From positions 1 to 64,000 of IMG/VR virus record IMGVR_UViG_3300005526_000008: a stretch of DNA of 64,000 nt; one strand, 5' to 3'. The DNA is from an uncultured virus (IMG/VR IMGVR_UViG_3300005526_000008). Lineage: Duplodnaviria; Heunggongvirae; Uroviricota; Caudoviricetes. Of this stretch, positions 9,267 through 20,100 are shown piece after piece. The notes under the pieces were generated by a model. It saw nothing but the letters and a program-made list of their open reading frames with translations. It was not told the DNA's origin and made no database searches. Made by a program: the position numbers and the translations under genes. The number at the start of each line of letters is the position of its first letter. Positions within the stretch are counted from its first letter, which is position 1.

Positions 9267-9770
9267 CTACTGTTCCTCCGTGGGGGGGGCCGGTTCGAGC
9301 ACGGCCTCCGGCGTGGGCGGCAAGCCGTGCCGCTTCCGGTAGAGCTGTCCTTCGCCGGCGCCCGGGTTGCGGTCGGCATGCCACAGCCGCTCGACGTGGC
9401 GCATGTGCCGCGCATGGTCGGTGACCACGGCGCGGATCGCGTCGATCACGTCGGCGCCCGTGATGTGTCCCTGCCACGGCGTGCCGTTGGCCGCGGCCTG
9501 GATCTCGGCAAAAAGCTGGCCGAAATCGAGCACGCCCTCGAGCTCTTCGTCGAAGCGCGACATGCGGTTGCGCAGCGCGGCGCTCTCCTCGTCCTGCACC
9601 TGCTTGTAGTGCTCGGCCAGCACATCCATCAGGCGGCCGCGCAGGATCATCCCCGACGCGGTCAGTTCGGAAACCAGGCCATCGACCGGGATCAGGTCCT
9701 CGCAGGTGACACGGGCCCAATCCTCCGGCGAGTGCGGACCGCCATTGGTGGCCAGGACGCGGTTATACAT
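9267..9770 (-). CDS. hypothetical phage protein
   Basis: ATG 9770 after AGGAG; TNGGPHSPEDWA. Confidence 0.65.
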   Translation of the reverse strand: MYNRVLATNGGPHSPEDWARVTCEDLIPVDGLVSELTASGMILRGRLMDVLAEHYKQVQDEESAALRNRMSRFDEELEGVLDFGQLFAEIQAAANGTPWQGHITGADVIDAIRAVVTDHARHMRHVERLWHADRNPGAGEGQLYRKRHGLPPTPEAVLEPAPPTEEQ

Positions 9771-9780
9771 TGCAGATCTC

Positions 9781-11319
9781 CTAAAAAACGCCCTGCATGA
9801 AGAATACGAACCGGCTCGCCGTGCCGCCGGCAAGCGCGAACAGCGTGCCGGGAACGCCCGTCGCATAGACGCCGGGCGCCAGCACGACCGGTCCCTGGAA
9901 GGGCAATATCGAGCCGGCCATGCCGGTGGCGTAGACGCCGATCGGCCCGACGATCGTCGTCGGCAGCCCGGAAACCGTGGCCCATTCCTCGATCGCCGAC
10001 TGGGTCAGGATGTACTGGGTGTCGGCGGCGCCGGCCTGGGCCCATTGCTCGATCGCGATCTGGGCGACCGCGTAGCTGCTGTCCTCGGCCGCGGGGACTG
10101 CCCATTCCTCGATCGCCAGCGCGGTCATGTTGAAGGCGGTCGGCGCGTCGGAAACGATCGCCCATTGCTCGATGAAGGCTCGGTCGACCTGGACCTGCGG
10201 CGTGCCCTGCGCCCACTGATCCATGATCGCCTGGGTCAGCTTGGCCGAGACGATTTCGGGCGCCGGCGCGTAGCTGTCGGACGACCAGGCCGAGAAGCCG
10301 GTGGGTGGAGCGAAGTAAAACGAGCCGGCGGTGTCGTTCAGCGTGTAGATGCCGGTGCCGGGGGTGTTGTTGACATACGAGACCGAAAGCGCCATCGGCC
10401 ATTGCGTCGCCTGCACCGTGAGGCCCTGGCTTGGGATCGTCGGGCTGCCGGAGAATGTGTTGACCCCGTACCAGAGCCCGTTGTTGCGGTTCCACCAGAC
10501 GAAATTGTTGATGGCATCGTAGGCGATGCCCATGACGTCGCCGGACTGGAAGGTGAGGCCGGTGGCGATGTTGTCGAGGTGGTACCCGTTCTGGGCCAGC
10601 ATGTAGAGATAGATGCGTTGGTAGTAGTTGGTCTGGGTCGGGTTCCAGGCCACCACGGACAGCCCGACCGTGGCGTAGCCGCCCGGCGTGCCGTCGACCC
10701 TGATCTCGGCGTAGAACTTTCCGTCGCCGGTCTTGTGGGTGACGATGCTGCGGGCGCCGGGCGTGACGCCGGTGCCGGTGCCGAAGGTTATCCGGGTGTT
10801 GGAGACCGACCGCGTTATCGAGGCCGGATGGTCGGGCGCGAAGCCGAAGTTCGGCTGGCCGGTGCCGTCCAGTTCCATCGCGACCATCATCGCGTTGGAC
10901 TGCGCCGAACCGCCGACCAGCGGGTTGGCCGGGGTGGTGACGTTGCCGCCGCCGCTGACGTACCAGGATTCGGTGTTGTAGGCGGCGTCGATGGTGACGT
11001 TGAGGGTGTTGGCGCAGACGTAGCCGACATAGTAGGTGGTGCCGGCGGTCACGTTCAGGGTGGCGGCCAGTGGGAAGCGGTTGTAGTTGGCCGCGACCGA
11101 AGTGACCGTCGACCCGGTTGCCAGCAGTGCGCTGTGGTTGCCGTCGTAGATGACGGCCTTGAAGCTGATGCCGCTGACCGCGCCCGGCATGTCCATCAGG
11201 ACCGCCGTCACCGTGCCGCTGCACTGCGCCGTGATCTTGCTCAGGTAGGTCGAGTTGACGCCGGCGTTGCCGGTGGATCGGTAGGTCGTGTCGAGACCGA
11301 TGTAACCGCCGGTTGGCAT
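9781..11319 (-). CDS. tail or fibre-associated protein with SPRY-like domain and C-terminal repeats
   Basis: GKFYAEI...GDVMGIAYD...WWNRNN...PPTGFSAW (SPRY-like); five AIEQWA-type repeats. Confidence 0.65.
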   Translation of the reverse strand: MPTGGYIGLDTTYRSTGNAGVNSTYLSKITAQCSGTVTAVLMDMPGAVSGISFKAVIYDGNHSALLATGSTVTSVAANYNRFPLAATLNVTAGTTYYVGYVCANTLNVTIDAAYNTESWYVSGGGNVTTPANPLVGGSAQSNAMMVAMELDGTGQPNFGFAPDHPASITRSVSNTRITFGTGTGVTPGARSIVTHKTGDGKFYAEIRVDGTPGGYATVGLSVVAWNPTQTNYYQRIYLYMLAQNGYHLDNIATGLTFQSGDVMGIAYDAINNFVWWNRNNGLWYGVNTFSGSPTIPSQGLTVQATQWPMALSVSYVNNTPGTGIYTLNDTAGSFYFAPPTGFSAWSSDSYAPAPEIVSAKLTQAIMDQWAQGTPQVQVDRAFIEQWAIVSDAPTAFNMTALAIEEWAVPAAEDSSYAVAQIAIEQWAQAGAADTQYILTQSAIEEWATVSGLPTTIVGPIGVYATGMAGSILPFQGPVVLAPGVYATGVPGTLFALAGGTASRFVFFMQGVF

Positions 11320-11324
11320 CTAGA

Positions 11325-12923
11325 TCATGCCACGACGATCGGGCCGATTTGCGCGCTGTCCAGGGCTGCGTTGGTCCAGGCGACGCCGGTGGTGGGATCG
11401 ACCGTGTCGGCGCGCCACGCCATGTTGTACTGGTCCCCGCCGGTCAGGGTGGCGATGGTCGGGGTCGACACCGTGGTGGCACCGATCTTGAGCCGCATCG
11501 CGGCGCTTTTCTGGCCCGGGCCGCTTTTCTGCATCTTTCCGCGGGTGACGACCCCGACGGTCGCGGTCGGTAACAGCGCATCGTGCAAGGTATAATACAT
11601 CATCGGATCGATCGGCGGCGTGAGGCCGTAGAAATCCGCGTGCCCGACGACGTCGTCATAGGTGTAGGTCGTCTGGTCGTCGATGCCGGTGTCGGTCATG
11701 TCGGCGACCACGGAGTAGTTGTGCGGGACTATGACCATGGCCTGCGACCCGGAGCCGGGCTCGCCGAGATACCCGGCGCTGGTTCCGCCGGAGGTCGGGA
11801 ATGCCGGGCCGTAGGTCGCCGGATTGACGAAGGTGTAGTTGTAGATGCCACCGTTGCCGTTGCCGACGATCGCCGCGTCCGACCAGATCGCAATGTAGAC
11901 ATTCTCGGCCGGGGTGTTCCTGCGCAGGCTGTAGCCGCCCGGGATCGGAAACGTGTTGATCCCCGAGCCGGGATTGACCAGTTCGCTCGTTTCAACCAGG
12001 AGCGTGACCGGGAGATATTGGCCGTATTGGTTTGTCGTGACCGAGTAGAGGGCCATGCGCGCCCGACCGGTGATGCCGGCGGCGAAATTGAACTGCAGGC
12101 CGGTCACCATCCCGCTGATCGGAACGGAGCAGACCATGCTGCGCACGACATGCGGCGACAGCGAGGCGGTATGGGAATGATCGGTGTCGGCCACCTTGGA
12201 CACGGTCGCGGGGAACTTGCTGAACTGGATGCTGGCATTGGTGTCGGGGCGGCGCTGAAAACAGCGGATATCGCCCGCCCATGGCACCGTCGTTCCGCTG
12301 CGCCAGACAAAGTCGTCGAGAAGGGGATTAAATGATCCAGGGGCGTAGCCGAGTTGCAGCCGGTTCGCGTAGTTGTGGGCGGTGCCCCCCGCGGTGTCGA
12401 GGCCGCCGAGGAAGAAATCGTTGGTGGTCTTGCCGTTCTTGCGTCCCGCGAACGAGCCGGCGGTGTTGTGGACGACCACCTCGAATTCGAACGACTCCCA
12501 GGTCTCGGGCCGTTTCATCGCCTTTGGCCAGGTTGCCAGCACGACGGTGTTGTCAAACTGTCCCTGGATCAGCGTGATGTCGCCGTTCGACATGAACATG
12601 ATGGTGCATTGCGGCGTGGCGCCGTCAGACAGTTGGAAATACATTCCTCCGTAATAAGTATCCGAGGGATGGGGGAACACCTTGACTGAATGCCGGTGGA
12701 CGCAGTTGATGTGGTGCACCGAATCGTCGGAACTGCTCTTCTTGACCAGCGTGGAGTTATAGTAGGTCGCCTTAATATCGAGCGAGTAGCCGCCCCAGCG
12801 GGCATAGCCGGAGATCAGGAAGAATGAAAAGCTTTCCGGATCCCAGTAGCCGTAGGTCGAATCCAGGTGCACCTCGTAGCCCTGAATGTAGGTGTCGAAG
12901 CCGTCGGCAAAAAACCAGGCCAT
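11325..12923 (-). CDS. tail fibre or receptor-binding-like protein, paralogue 3
   Basis: MAWFFADGFD start and WRADTVDPTTGVAWT...GP end shared with two upstream genes. Confidence 0.7.
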   Translation of the reverse strand: MAWFFADGFDTYIQGYEVHLDSTYGYWDPESFSFFLISGYARWGGYSLDIKATYYNSTLVKKSSSDDSVHHINCVHRHSVKVFPHPSDTYYGGMYFQLSDGATPQCTIMFMSNGDITLIQGQFDNTVVLATWPKAMKRPETWESFEFEVVVHNTAGSFAGRKNGKTTNDFFLGGLDTAGGTAHNYANRLQLGYAPGSFNPLLDDFVWRSGTTVPWAGDIRCFQRRPDTNASIQFSKFPATVSKVADTDHSHTASLSPHVVRSMVCSVPISGMVTGLQFNFAAGITGRARMALYSVTTNQYGQYLPVTLLVETSELVNPGSGINTFPIPGGYSLRRNTPAENVYIAIWSDAAIVGNGNGGIYNYTFVNPATYGPAFPTSGGTSAGYLGEPGSGSQAMVIVPHNYSVVADMTDTGIDDQTTYTYDDVVGHADFYGLTPPIDPMMYYTLHDALLPTATVGVVTRGKMQKSGPGQKSAAMRLKIGATTVSTPTIATLTGGDQYNMAWRADTVDPTTGVAWTNAALDSAQIGPIVVA

Positions 12924-12933
12924 CGCGTCCTCG

Positions 12934-14520
12934 CTAACTGACTATGAGGGGGCCGAACAGCAGCGCGTCGACTTCCTGCCAGGTCCAGGCGGCGCCGGTG
13001 GCCGGGTTGGTGACGTCGGTGCGCCAGGTCCAGGTGTAGCCTTCTCTGTTGTTGCCGGCATTGTCGTAATTGTCGCCAGCCCCCAGGACGATGGTCGGGG
13101 TCTGTACCGTGGTGGTGCCGCTGATGAGTTGCATGCAGGCGGTTTTCGTTCCGGCGTCGGTCTTGCGCATGTAGCCGCGGGTGGTCACCCCGAGCACATT
13201 GGTTAGCGCTGAACCGATCTGGGCGGGGGGATACAGGTCGGCGGTGCCGGGCGCGCTGGCGATGACGTAGCCCCAGCCGGCGTCGGTGTTGGGATCGCCG
13301 AGGCACGAGGCGCTGTCGAGGACGATGGTGATGACGAAGTAGTTCACGCCGTCCGGTGACGGTGACAAGCCGCCCGGGGTTCCCGGGAAGCTGGTGAAGG
13401 GCGGGTCGGTGCCGATCCAGCCGACGAGAGTGGGATCTTCGGGATCGTCAAGGATACTGTAGAGACTGTAGAACGCCTCCCACGCCATGTCGGTGACGAT
13501 GCCGATCCAGACTTTCTGGCCGGTCACGACCACCACCGGGGGCGAAAAGATGAAGTCGGTCCATGGGCCTGGCGCGACTATTCCGTTAATCGGGATCGCG
13601 GCACCGAGGACCTCGCCGGGAGCTCCGTTATTGTCGGCGAACAGCGCCAGTTTGACAGTGCCTGGAAAGTCAGTGCCGATATAGCCCGGGGAGAAACTCA
13701 CCACCGTAACCGTCCCGCCGCCTTCCATGACCGCGTAGCTGTAATACGCAAGATTGGCCACCGCGTCGGCGTCGTAGCCGCCGCCGTTGGTATACTGGTC
13801 GGTCTCCCCGACCTTGGTGAACTGGGTGTTCTCGGAATAGGCCGGGAAGCGGGTGAAGCACCGTGCATCGCCGACCCATGGCACCGTCGTTCCGCTGCGC
13901 CACAGAAAGTCGTCGATGAGCGCGTCATACCACGAACTGTAGGCAAGGATCCCGAACGCGTTGGCGTAGCTGTTCGCGGTCGCGCGCGTGTTCATGCTGG
14001 TGCGGGTGAAGTTGTTCACCGCGCTGCCGTTGACGCGTACCGCGAAGCTGCCGAGCGTGGGATGGATGGTGATTTCGAACTCGAAGGACGTCCAGGTCTC
14101 GGGATAGATGAAGGCGTCGGGGAAGACCGCCAGGAGGGTGCCGCTCATGAAATCGCCGCGGAACAGTTGGACCGAGCCGTTGTTCATGATGCCGATACAG
14201 CATTGCGGGGTGAAGCCGTCGTAGAGCTGCAGATAGTAGGTGCCATCCGTTCCCTCCGGGTCCACCGCCTCATGCTGGAGGAAGGCGAGGTTCAGATGGT
14301 GCAGGGCGTCGTTCGAGTTGCTTGCCTTGTAGACGACGGGGATGTCGGACGGGCCGTAAGGAACGAAGAGGGCCCAGCCGCCGTGGCGGCCTTCCTCCGT
14401 CTGGAAATTGCCGGTGCTGGTGTAACTGGTGCCGCTGCCGGTGCCGGAGTCCCAGTATTCCATGAAGGGATCGAGGCTCCCGTCATAGGCGTCGAAGCCG
14501 TCGCCAAAAAACCATGCCAT
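12934..14520 (-). CDS. tail fibre or receptor-binding-like protein, paralogue 2
   Basis: MAWFFGDGFD start; DDFLWRS; WTWRTDVTNPATGAAWT. Confidence 0.7.
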   Translation of the reverse strand: MAWFFGDGFDAYDGSLDPFMEYWDSGTGSGTSYTSTGNFQTEEGRHGGWALFVPYGPSDIPVVYKASNSNDALHHLNLAFLQHEAVDPEGTDGTYYLQLYDGFTPQCCIGIMNNGSVQLFRGDFMSGTLLAVFPDAFIYPETWTSFEFEITIHPTLGSFAVRVNGSAVNNFTRTSMNTRATANSYANAFGILAYSSWYDALIDDFLWRSGTTVPWVGDARCFTRFPAYSENTQFTKVGETDQYTNGGGYDADAVANLAYYSYAVMEGGGTVTVVSFSPGYIGTDFPGTVKLALFADNNGAPGEVLGAAIPINGIVAPGPWTDFIFSPPVVVVTGQKVWIGIVTDMAWEAFYSLYSILDDPEDPTLVGWIGTDPPFTSFPGTPGGLSPSPDGVNYFVITIVLDSASCLGDPNTDAGWGYVIASAPGTADLYPPAQIGSALTNVLGVTTRGYMRKTDAGTKTACMQLISGTTTVQTPTIVLGAGDNYDNAGNNREGYTWTWRTDVTNPATGAAWTWQEVDALLFGPLIVS

Positions 14521-14526
14521 GTCCGG

Positions 14527-15987
14527 TTACACCACGATGGGGCCGAATTGCAGCGCGCTGACGTTGGTCGGCGTCCACGGCGCGCCGGTGTTGGGGTCGA
14601 GCACATCGGTGCGCCATGTCCATGCGAAATTGGTGCCCAGCGTCACTGTCGGGGTCTGGTAGGTCGTGGCGCCCGACTTGATCTGCACCGTGCCGCTGCG
14701 GAAGCCGGCATCGCTCTTCTGCACGTAGGCGCGGGTGGTCACCGCGACGACGCCGATCGGCGTGGTGCCCAGCGAGCCCAGCGCGTAGAGGTCGGCATGC
14801 CCGGAGACGCTGTCGTAGACATAGGTCGCGGTGGCGTCCTGGTGCGCCTCGCTGACCATTTCGGCGTTGACGGTGGTGTTGATGTTGACCGAGTTGCCGA
14901 CCTGATACTGCCCGGTGCTGGTGGAGGGACTGGCGACCGGGAAACTCGCGTAGGAGACCGTCGCCCCAGTACGACCGATGGTGGTGGTGTTGATGGACAC
15001 CGTCGCGGTCACGTCGTGCGAGATGCCGAACCAGTATTGCACCCCACGGGTTACCGAGACCGGGGTGCCGAAGGTGAAGGTGTTGTTGCCGCCGGCCGGG
15101 TTGACCACCGGAGTGGCGGATCCCAGCACCGCGCCGGGGTTGTTCCCGACATCGGTGAAGATCGCCATCTTGCAGTTGCCGGTGAAGCCGGTGCCGAAGC
15201 TTGCCAGGATGGTGGCGATCGAACCGGTGACGGTCGGCGTGAACGGGGTGTAGCGGGCGGTAGCCGTGACGTCGCTGGTCGTGGTGTTCGGCGTCAGGGT
15301 CTGCACCAGGATGCTGGGTGAGCGGCCGAACTGGGTGCTGACATCGGTCGTCGGCAGTCGCGTGTAACAGCGCAGATCCCCGACCCAGGCCACAGTCGAG
15401 GTGTCGCTGCGCCACAGCAGGTCGTCGATGTGCTGGTAGCCGACAAAGCCGGACATGCCGTATTGCAGCCGGTTGGCATAAGCGTTGGTCGATGGCTTGG
15501 TGTTGATGCCGGACTGGTTGAAGTCGTTGCTGGTGCTGCCATTCCTGCGGATCGAGAACGAGCCGGCCAACTGGCTGATGACGACCTCGAACTCGAACGC
15601 GTACCACGCGTTCAGCACGGTGACCGCGGTGGTCCAGATCGCGAGCTGGGCGCCGGCGGGCGTCCCCGACGTCAGCACGATGGCGCCGTCGGAGCGGAAG
15701 ACGATGCAGACTTGCCCGTTGGAGGCGTCCAGCAGTTGCAGATAAGTCCCCATCGTGGTGCCGCTGAGCGTCGCGGTTTGCTGGAACGCGCAAACGATGT
15801 GGTGCACGCTGTCGTTGGCGCCGCTGTTCTTGACCATCGGCGAGCCGACGTTGCGCATCGCCTGGCTGCCGGTGAACCGGCCCGTCACCAGCGAGAGCGC
15901 GCTGGCGGTGCCGCTGTCCCAGAACCCCACGAGGGCGTCCGCGGGAACCGCGTAGAGATCGAAGCCGTCGCCGAAGCACCATGCCAT
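14527..15987 (-). CDS. tail fibre or receptor-binding-like protein, paralogue 1
   Basis: MAWCFGDGFD start; DDLLWRS; WTWRTDVLDPNTGAPWT. Confidence 0.7.
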   Translation of the reverse strand: MAWCFGDGFDLYAVPADALVGFWDSGTASALSLVTGRFTGSQAMRNVGSPMVKNSGANDSVHHIVCAFQQTATLSGTTMGTYLQLLDASNGQVCIVFRSDGAIVLTSGTPAGAQLAIWTTAVTVLNAWYAFEFEVVISQLAGSFSIRRNGSTSNDFNQSGINTKPSTNAYANRLQYGMSGFVGYQHIDDLLWRSDTSTVAWVGDLRCYTRLPTTDVSTQFGRSPSILVQTLTPNTTTSDVTATARYTPFTPTVTGSIATILASFGTGFTGNCKMAIFTDVGNNPGAVLGSATPVVNPAGGNNTFTFGTPVSVTRGVQYWFGISHDVTATVSINTTTIGRTGATVSYASFPVASPSTSTGQYQVGNSVNINTTVNAEMVSEAHQDATATYVYDSVSGHADLYALGSLGTTPIGVVAVTTRAYVQKSDAGFRSGTVQIKSGATTYQTPTVTLGTNFAWTWRTDVLDPNTGAPWTPTNVSALQFGPIVV

Positions 15988-16002
15988 GGTTGCTGTCCTT
16001 CT

Positions 16003-17142
16003 TTAGGCGATCTTCTGGATGCCGTAGGTGATGTGGCTTGGACCGATCGCGAAATAGGAGATGATGTCGTAGGTGTTGGCCGGCGTGCTGAGCGTGCCGG
16101 CCGCACCCCCGAGCGGGAACCAGTTCGAGGCGAAGGTCAGGGTGCGGCTGCCGGTGCCGTCCTGGCGCACCACGATGTTGCCGTTGTCGCCGGCCAGGCA
16201 GTTGCTCGGATTACCCATCGTGCGGTTGCCGGCCAGCACCACCGAGAACTGGTTGCCGAGGTTGAAGTCCACGACGATGGTCGCGGCGTCGGTCAGCGTC
16301 ACCGGCGGCGTATGCTGGCGCGCGGTCCAGGTGTTGACCGCGGTCAGCACCGCGGCGCCGCTGTCGCCGGTGCGCGAGAAGGCGAAGCCCAGCACCGTGC
16401 CCAGGGCGAACGGACTGGCGCTCGAGGAGCCGATCGGCGTGACGCTCAGTTCGCGATAGCCCGTCTGCGCGACCAGCGCGGTCATGTTGAACATGATCCA
16501 CGCCGCGGTGTTGGCGGTGTCGAACAGCCGGATCTGCCCATCGATGACACTCGAGGAACCGCCAAGCGTGTCGAGCACCGAGGACCAGTCGGTGCCGTTG
16601 TAGTCGAGCACGTCGAGGTAGATCGCGGTGCTGCCGTTCTGGGTGCCGTTGTTGAGCCGCAGCTTGCCGGGGCCGGGATCGGCGTTGGAGAGCCCGGTGT
16701 CGAAGCTGTACATGATGCTGATCGCGCCGCCGACCGGCCCGGCCCCGCCGGCGCCGTAGGAGGTGACGCTGAGCCCGTCGCTCTGCAGCATCGCCGTGCT
16801 CAGCGAGGGGATGTTGACGATGGCTCCGGTGGCGCCGCCGACCGAGAGGGTGAAGGCGCTCGACTGGTTCGACACCAGGAACACCCGGTAGGCCGGCAGC
16901 CCGCCGGTCGGCGTCACCAGCGGGATGGTCAGCTTGCACGCCGAGGGCAGGCCGGTGCACTTGAACACCTGGTTGCGCGAGTACTGGCTGAAAGAGAGCG
17001 TGGTGTTACCCGCCGCCATGTTGACGCTGATCTGCGAGTTGAAGGCGGCCTCGAGCTTGACCACCGCGTCGTTGATCGCGGGGACCTTATCAATCTGAGT
17101 CGGGGCGACCTGGTTGATCTCGAGAATGGGCGAAACGGGCAT
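16003..17142 (-). CDS. tail fibre protein with DUF2793-like N-terminus
   Basis: LEINQVAPTQIDKVPAINDAVVKLE start; C-terminal LTDAATIVVD...RQDGTGSRTLTF fibre domain; follows the tail-tip gene. Confidence 0.7.
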   Translation of the reverse strand: MPVSPILEINQVAPTQIDKVPAINDAVVKLEAAFNSQISVNMAAGNTTLSFSQYSRNQVFKCTGLPSACKLTIPLVTPTGGLPAYRVFLVSNQSSAFTLSVGGATGAIVNIPSLSTAMLQSDGLSVTSYGAGGAGPVGGAISIMYSFDTGLSNADPGPGKLRLNNGTQNGSTAIYLDVLDYNGTDWSSVLDTLGGSSSVIDGQIRLFDTANTAAWIMFNMTALVAQTGYRELSVTPIGSSSASPFALGTVLGFAFSRTGDSGAAVLTAVNTWTARQHTPPVTLTDAATIVVDFNLGNQFSVVLAGNRTMGNPSNCLAGDNGNIVVRQDGTGSRTLTFASNWFPLGGAAGTLSTPANTYDIISYFAIGPSHITYGIQKIA

Positions 17143-17152
17143 GGCGTGTTCC

Positions 17153-20100
17153 TCAGTAAGCAGGCAGTTCGGCGTAGCCCTGGAAGCCCATCCCGACCAC
17201 GGATGAGACCTGGTAGACCGCGAGGTAGAGCGTCGACGTCGCCTGGTAGAAGCTGTCGGTGGTCATCTGCCCCGACGTGTAGACGAAGGTCGCCGCGGTC
17301 AGGCCCATGTAGGACCGCGTGTATGACAGCGGATTGGCCGGGTTGAACACCAGGATCGCGCCCGGGCCGGGCAGGATGTAGGCGTTGTAGAGCTCGGCGG
17401 CTTCGAACAACGGCGCGGTGTCGGTGCCGTCGATCAGCGGGCTGCCCATCCGGGTGCGCCGGGTCCAGTAGATATTCAGCCCGGTCCCGTCGACGGCGCC
17501 GCGGCGCATCCAGACCGGGGCGTAAGGCATCAGGTCGAAACCGCGATAGGTGAAGGCGCTGATCGGGGCCTGGTCGAGGAAGCGGCCGCTGGGCACCAGC
17601 TTCCACAACTCCTGGACGTTGATTTCCGCCAGCGACAGTGTGTTGCCGCCGATCTTGCCGGCCTGCAGCATGATGAAGCGTTCGCCGGCGGTGTGGGTGT
17701 TGGTGGCCCACTCGGTGCCGCGGCGGCCGCGCAGCAATTCGGACAGCGTGTACGAACCGTCGTTGTTGAGGGTCACGGTCTGGTACTGGATGATCTCCGC
17801 GCCCAGCAGCGCCGCGTTGGTCCCCTGCAGCATCTGGTCATAGGTGCAGCTCAGCGGGAATGTACTGCTGCCGTTCAGGATGATGGTGACGGTGTTGAGG
17901 TAGTCGGTGGAGAACTTCGCCGCGGTGTCGCCGAGCGCGTCGAGCGTGGTGGCCCAGTTCACGGAGAAGGGGATGTTGATGTAGTCGTTCCAGGTCGCGG
18001 AATTGTCGGTCGAGCGGAATATCTCGCCGGTGATCCAACTGCCCGCGGTGCTGCCGACGGCGTAGTAGATCCGCGTTGAGACCCCGCCGGTGTCGTCGCT
18101 GTCCTGCAGCAGCGGCACGTTGAACTGCAGGAAATCGGCGAACGGCGCCTGGGCGACGGTCTGCGGCAGGCTGCCGTAGGTGGCGCCCTTGATCGTCGAC
18201 GGCAGTTCGTAGGTGGTGTTGTCCTCGAAGGCGGCGTTGATGTGGATCGACAGGTCGGCGCCGATGTGCTGCTCCTCGATGCGCACCTCGTAGATGTCGC
18301 CGCTGTCCATGTTGACGGTGACGTTGTCGGCCGGATCGAGCCAAAGATATTTCCACGGCAGCACCGTCTGCACCGTGTCGCGCTCGGCCCACATCGTCCA
18401 CAGCCACTTGGTGGCAATCTGGGTGGCCTCGAGATTGTTGGTGATTATCGGCAGGTCGATGGTCATGCGGCGTTTCGACCACACCGTCGGCACCGGCGCC
18501 TCGGTGCGCTTGGCGTAGGTGGCGCCGGTCTGAAAATCCAGATCGACGTCCTGGAACCGCAGCGACAGGATCATCGGCAGTTCCTGCTGCTGGGCTTCCT
18601 TGACTCGCCAGAACTGCGACGGGTCGTTTTCGTCGAGGCTGACCAGGTCGCGCTGCGGAATGGTGACCATCGAGGGCTGGCCGCGCGGGATGAATTTGAG
18701 CGTGTAGTCGCTCTCGATCATATCGATCTGGTAGACGTGGCAGAGGTCCGCGATTGCCGCGCCGGCCGATTTCAGTTCCTGGATGCAATAGCCTCGCGTC
18801 GTCTGGGTGACCAGGTTGAGGTCCAGCATCTCGTCGGTCATGCCGACCCGGTGGCAGATGTCGCGGATGATGGTGGCGACCGGCACGGCGTTCCTGTCGT
18901 CCACCCGGAACATGTAGGCGACCACGAGCTCGCCCGCGCCGGCGGCGGCGAAGCCTCCCACGTTCGAGGCGACGTAGGCGACGTAATTGCCGTAGGAGTT
19001 GGAATTGACCCCGGCGGCGGAGTTCGCCCAGTGGATGTTGTTGTAGGCTTCTTCGGTGCGGACCGGGCTTTCGGTGACCCGGCCGGTCGCCATGTCGATG
19101 TCGATGAACAGGTGGTCGCCGTCGAAGAAGATCTGAAACAGGCCGCCGCCGGTGAGCGGGATGTAGCCCAGCGTGGTGTCGGCGTAGCGGTTGGTCCAGC
19201 CCAGCCCGGCGCCGCGGCCGGTCCAGCCGACGCCCGTCAGGGATGACCATTTTATGTAATTCTGGCCGCCGGCATCGATGATGATGCTGTCATCGGTGGC
19301 GTAATAGAATGTCCGCCAACTCATGCTGACGCTGGTGATCAGCGGTTCGCCCCAGTCCGCGAGGTTGATGGTGCCGGTCAGCTTGAAGTTGCCCGAGGAG
19401 CCCTGCACCGACGGGTCCTGGCCGGCGATGATGTCGGTGTACAGCAACACTCGGTAGAGCGGGTCGACACTCCCCCCGTAGCCGTTGAGGATCCAGAGCT
19501 GGCGGGTACCGGAGATCTGGTCGTCGTTGCCCAACTGGAACTCGTGGTATCCGTTCGGATACTCGACCGGATACGGGTTGCTGATGAGCATTCCCAGCGG
19601 GTCGATCAGGAACACGCCGGGTCCGCTGAGCACGCCCACGATCATGTCGGACACGCCGGCGGTCGAGTTGCCCTGGCCGTAAACGGCGATGCCGTTGCAG
19701 GTGTAGTAGCGGTCGGGCGCGGTGCGCGGCACCATGAGGGTGTAGGCGCCGCTGAACGTCATCGGTCCCGGCTGGATGGTGATCAGGGCGCTGTGCACGC
19801 CGTTATGGCCGGCGACATAGACCATTCCGGACGGGCCGCCGGCAATCCAGTCCGCCTCGAATTGCGGGCCGAGGGCGGTTGGCAGCAGGCCGCCCTCGAA
19901 GAAGATCCGGTCGTAGTCGGCCGACAACACCTCGGACATCGTGTAGATGCTGTAGGTTATCACCCCCCAATTAACGTAGGAGAACAGGTTGTCGTAGACG
20001 CTGCGGGGGTAGTAGAGGCAGAACACCATGCCGCGATCCCAGTCGACCGCGGTGCGGTAGTTGCTCCACCATTTCGTGGTGTGACGCGCGAGGATCTTCC

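Noticed and set aside
11325..15987. Diversity-generating retroelement or invertible fibre cassette
   Set aside because: No reverse transcriptase or invertase in the window, all copies share one orientation, and no adenine-specific repeat pair was seen.
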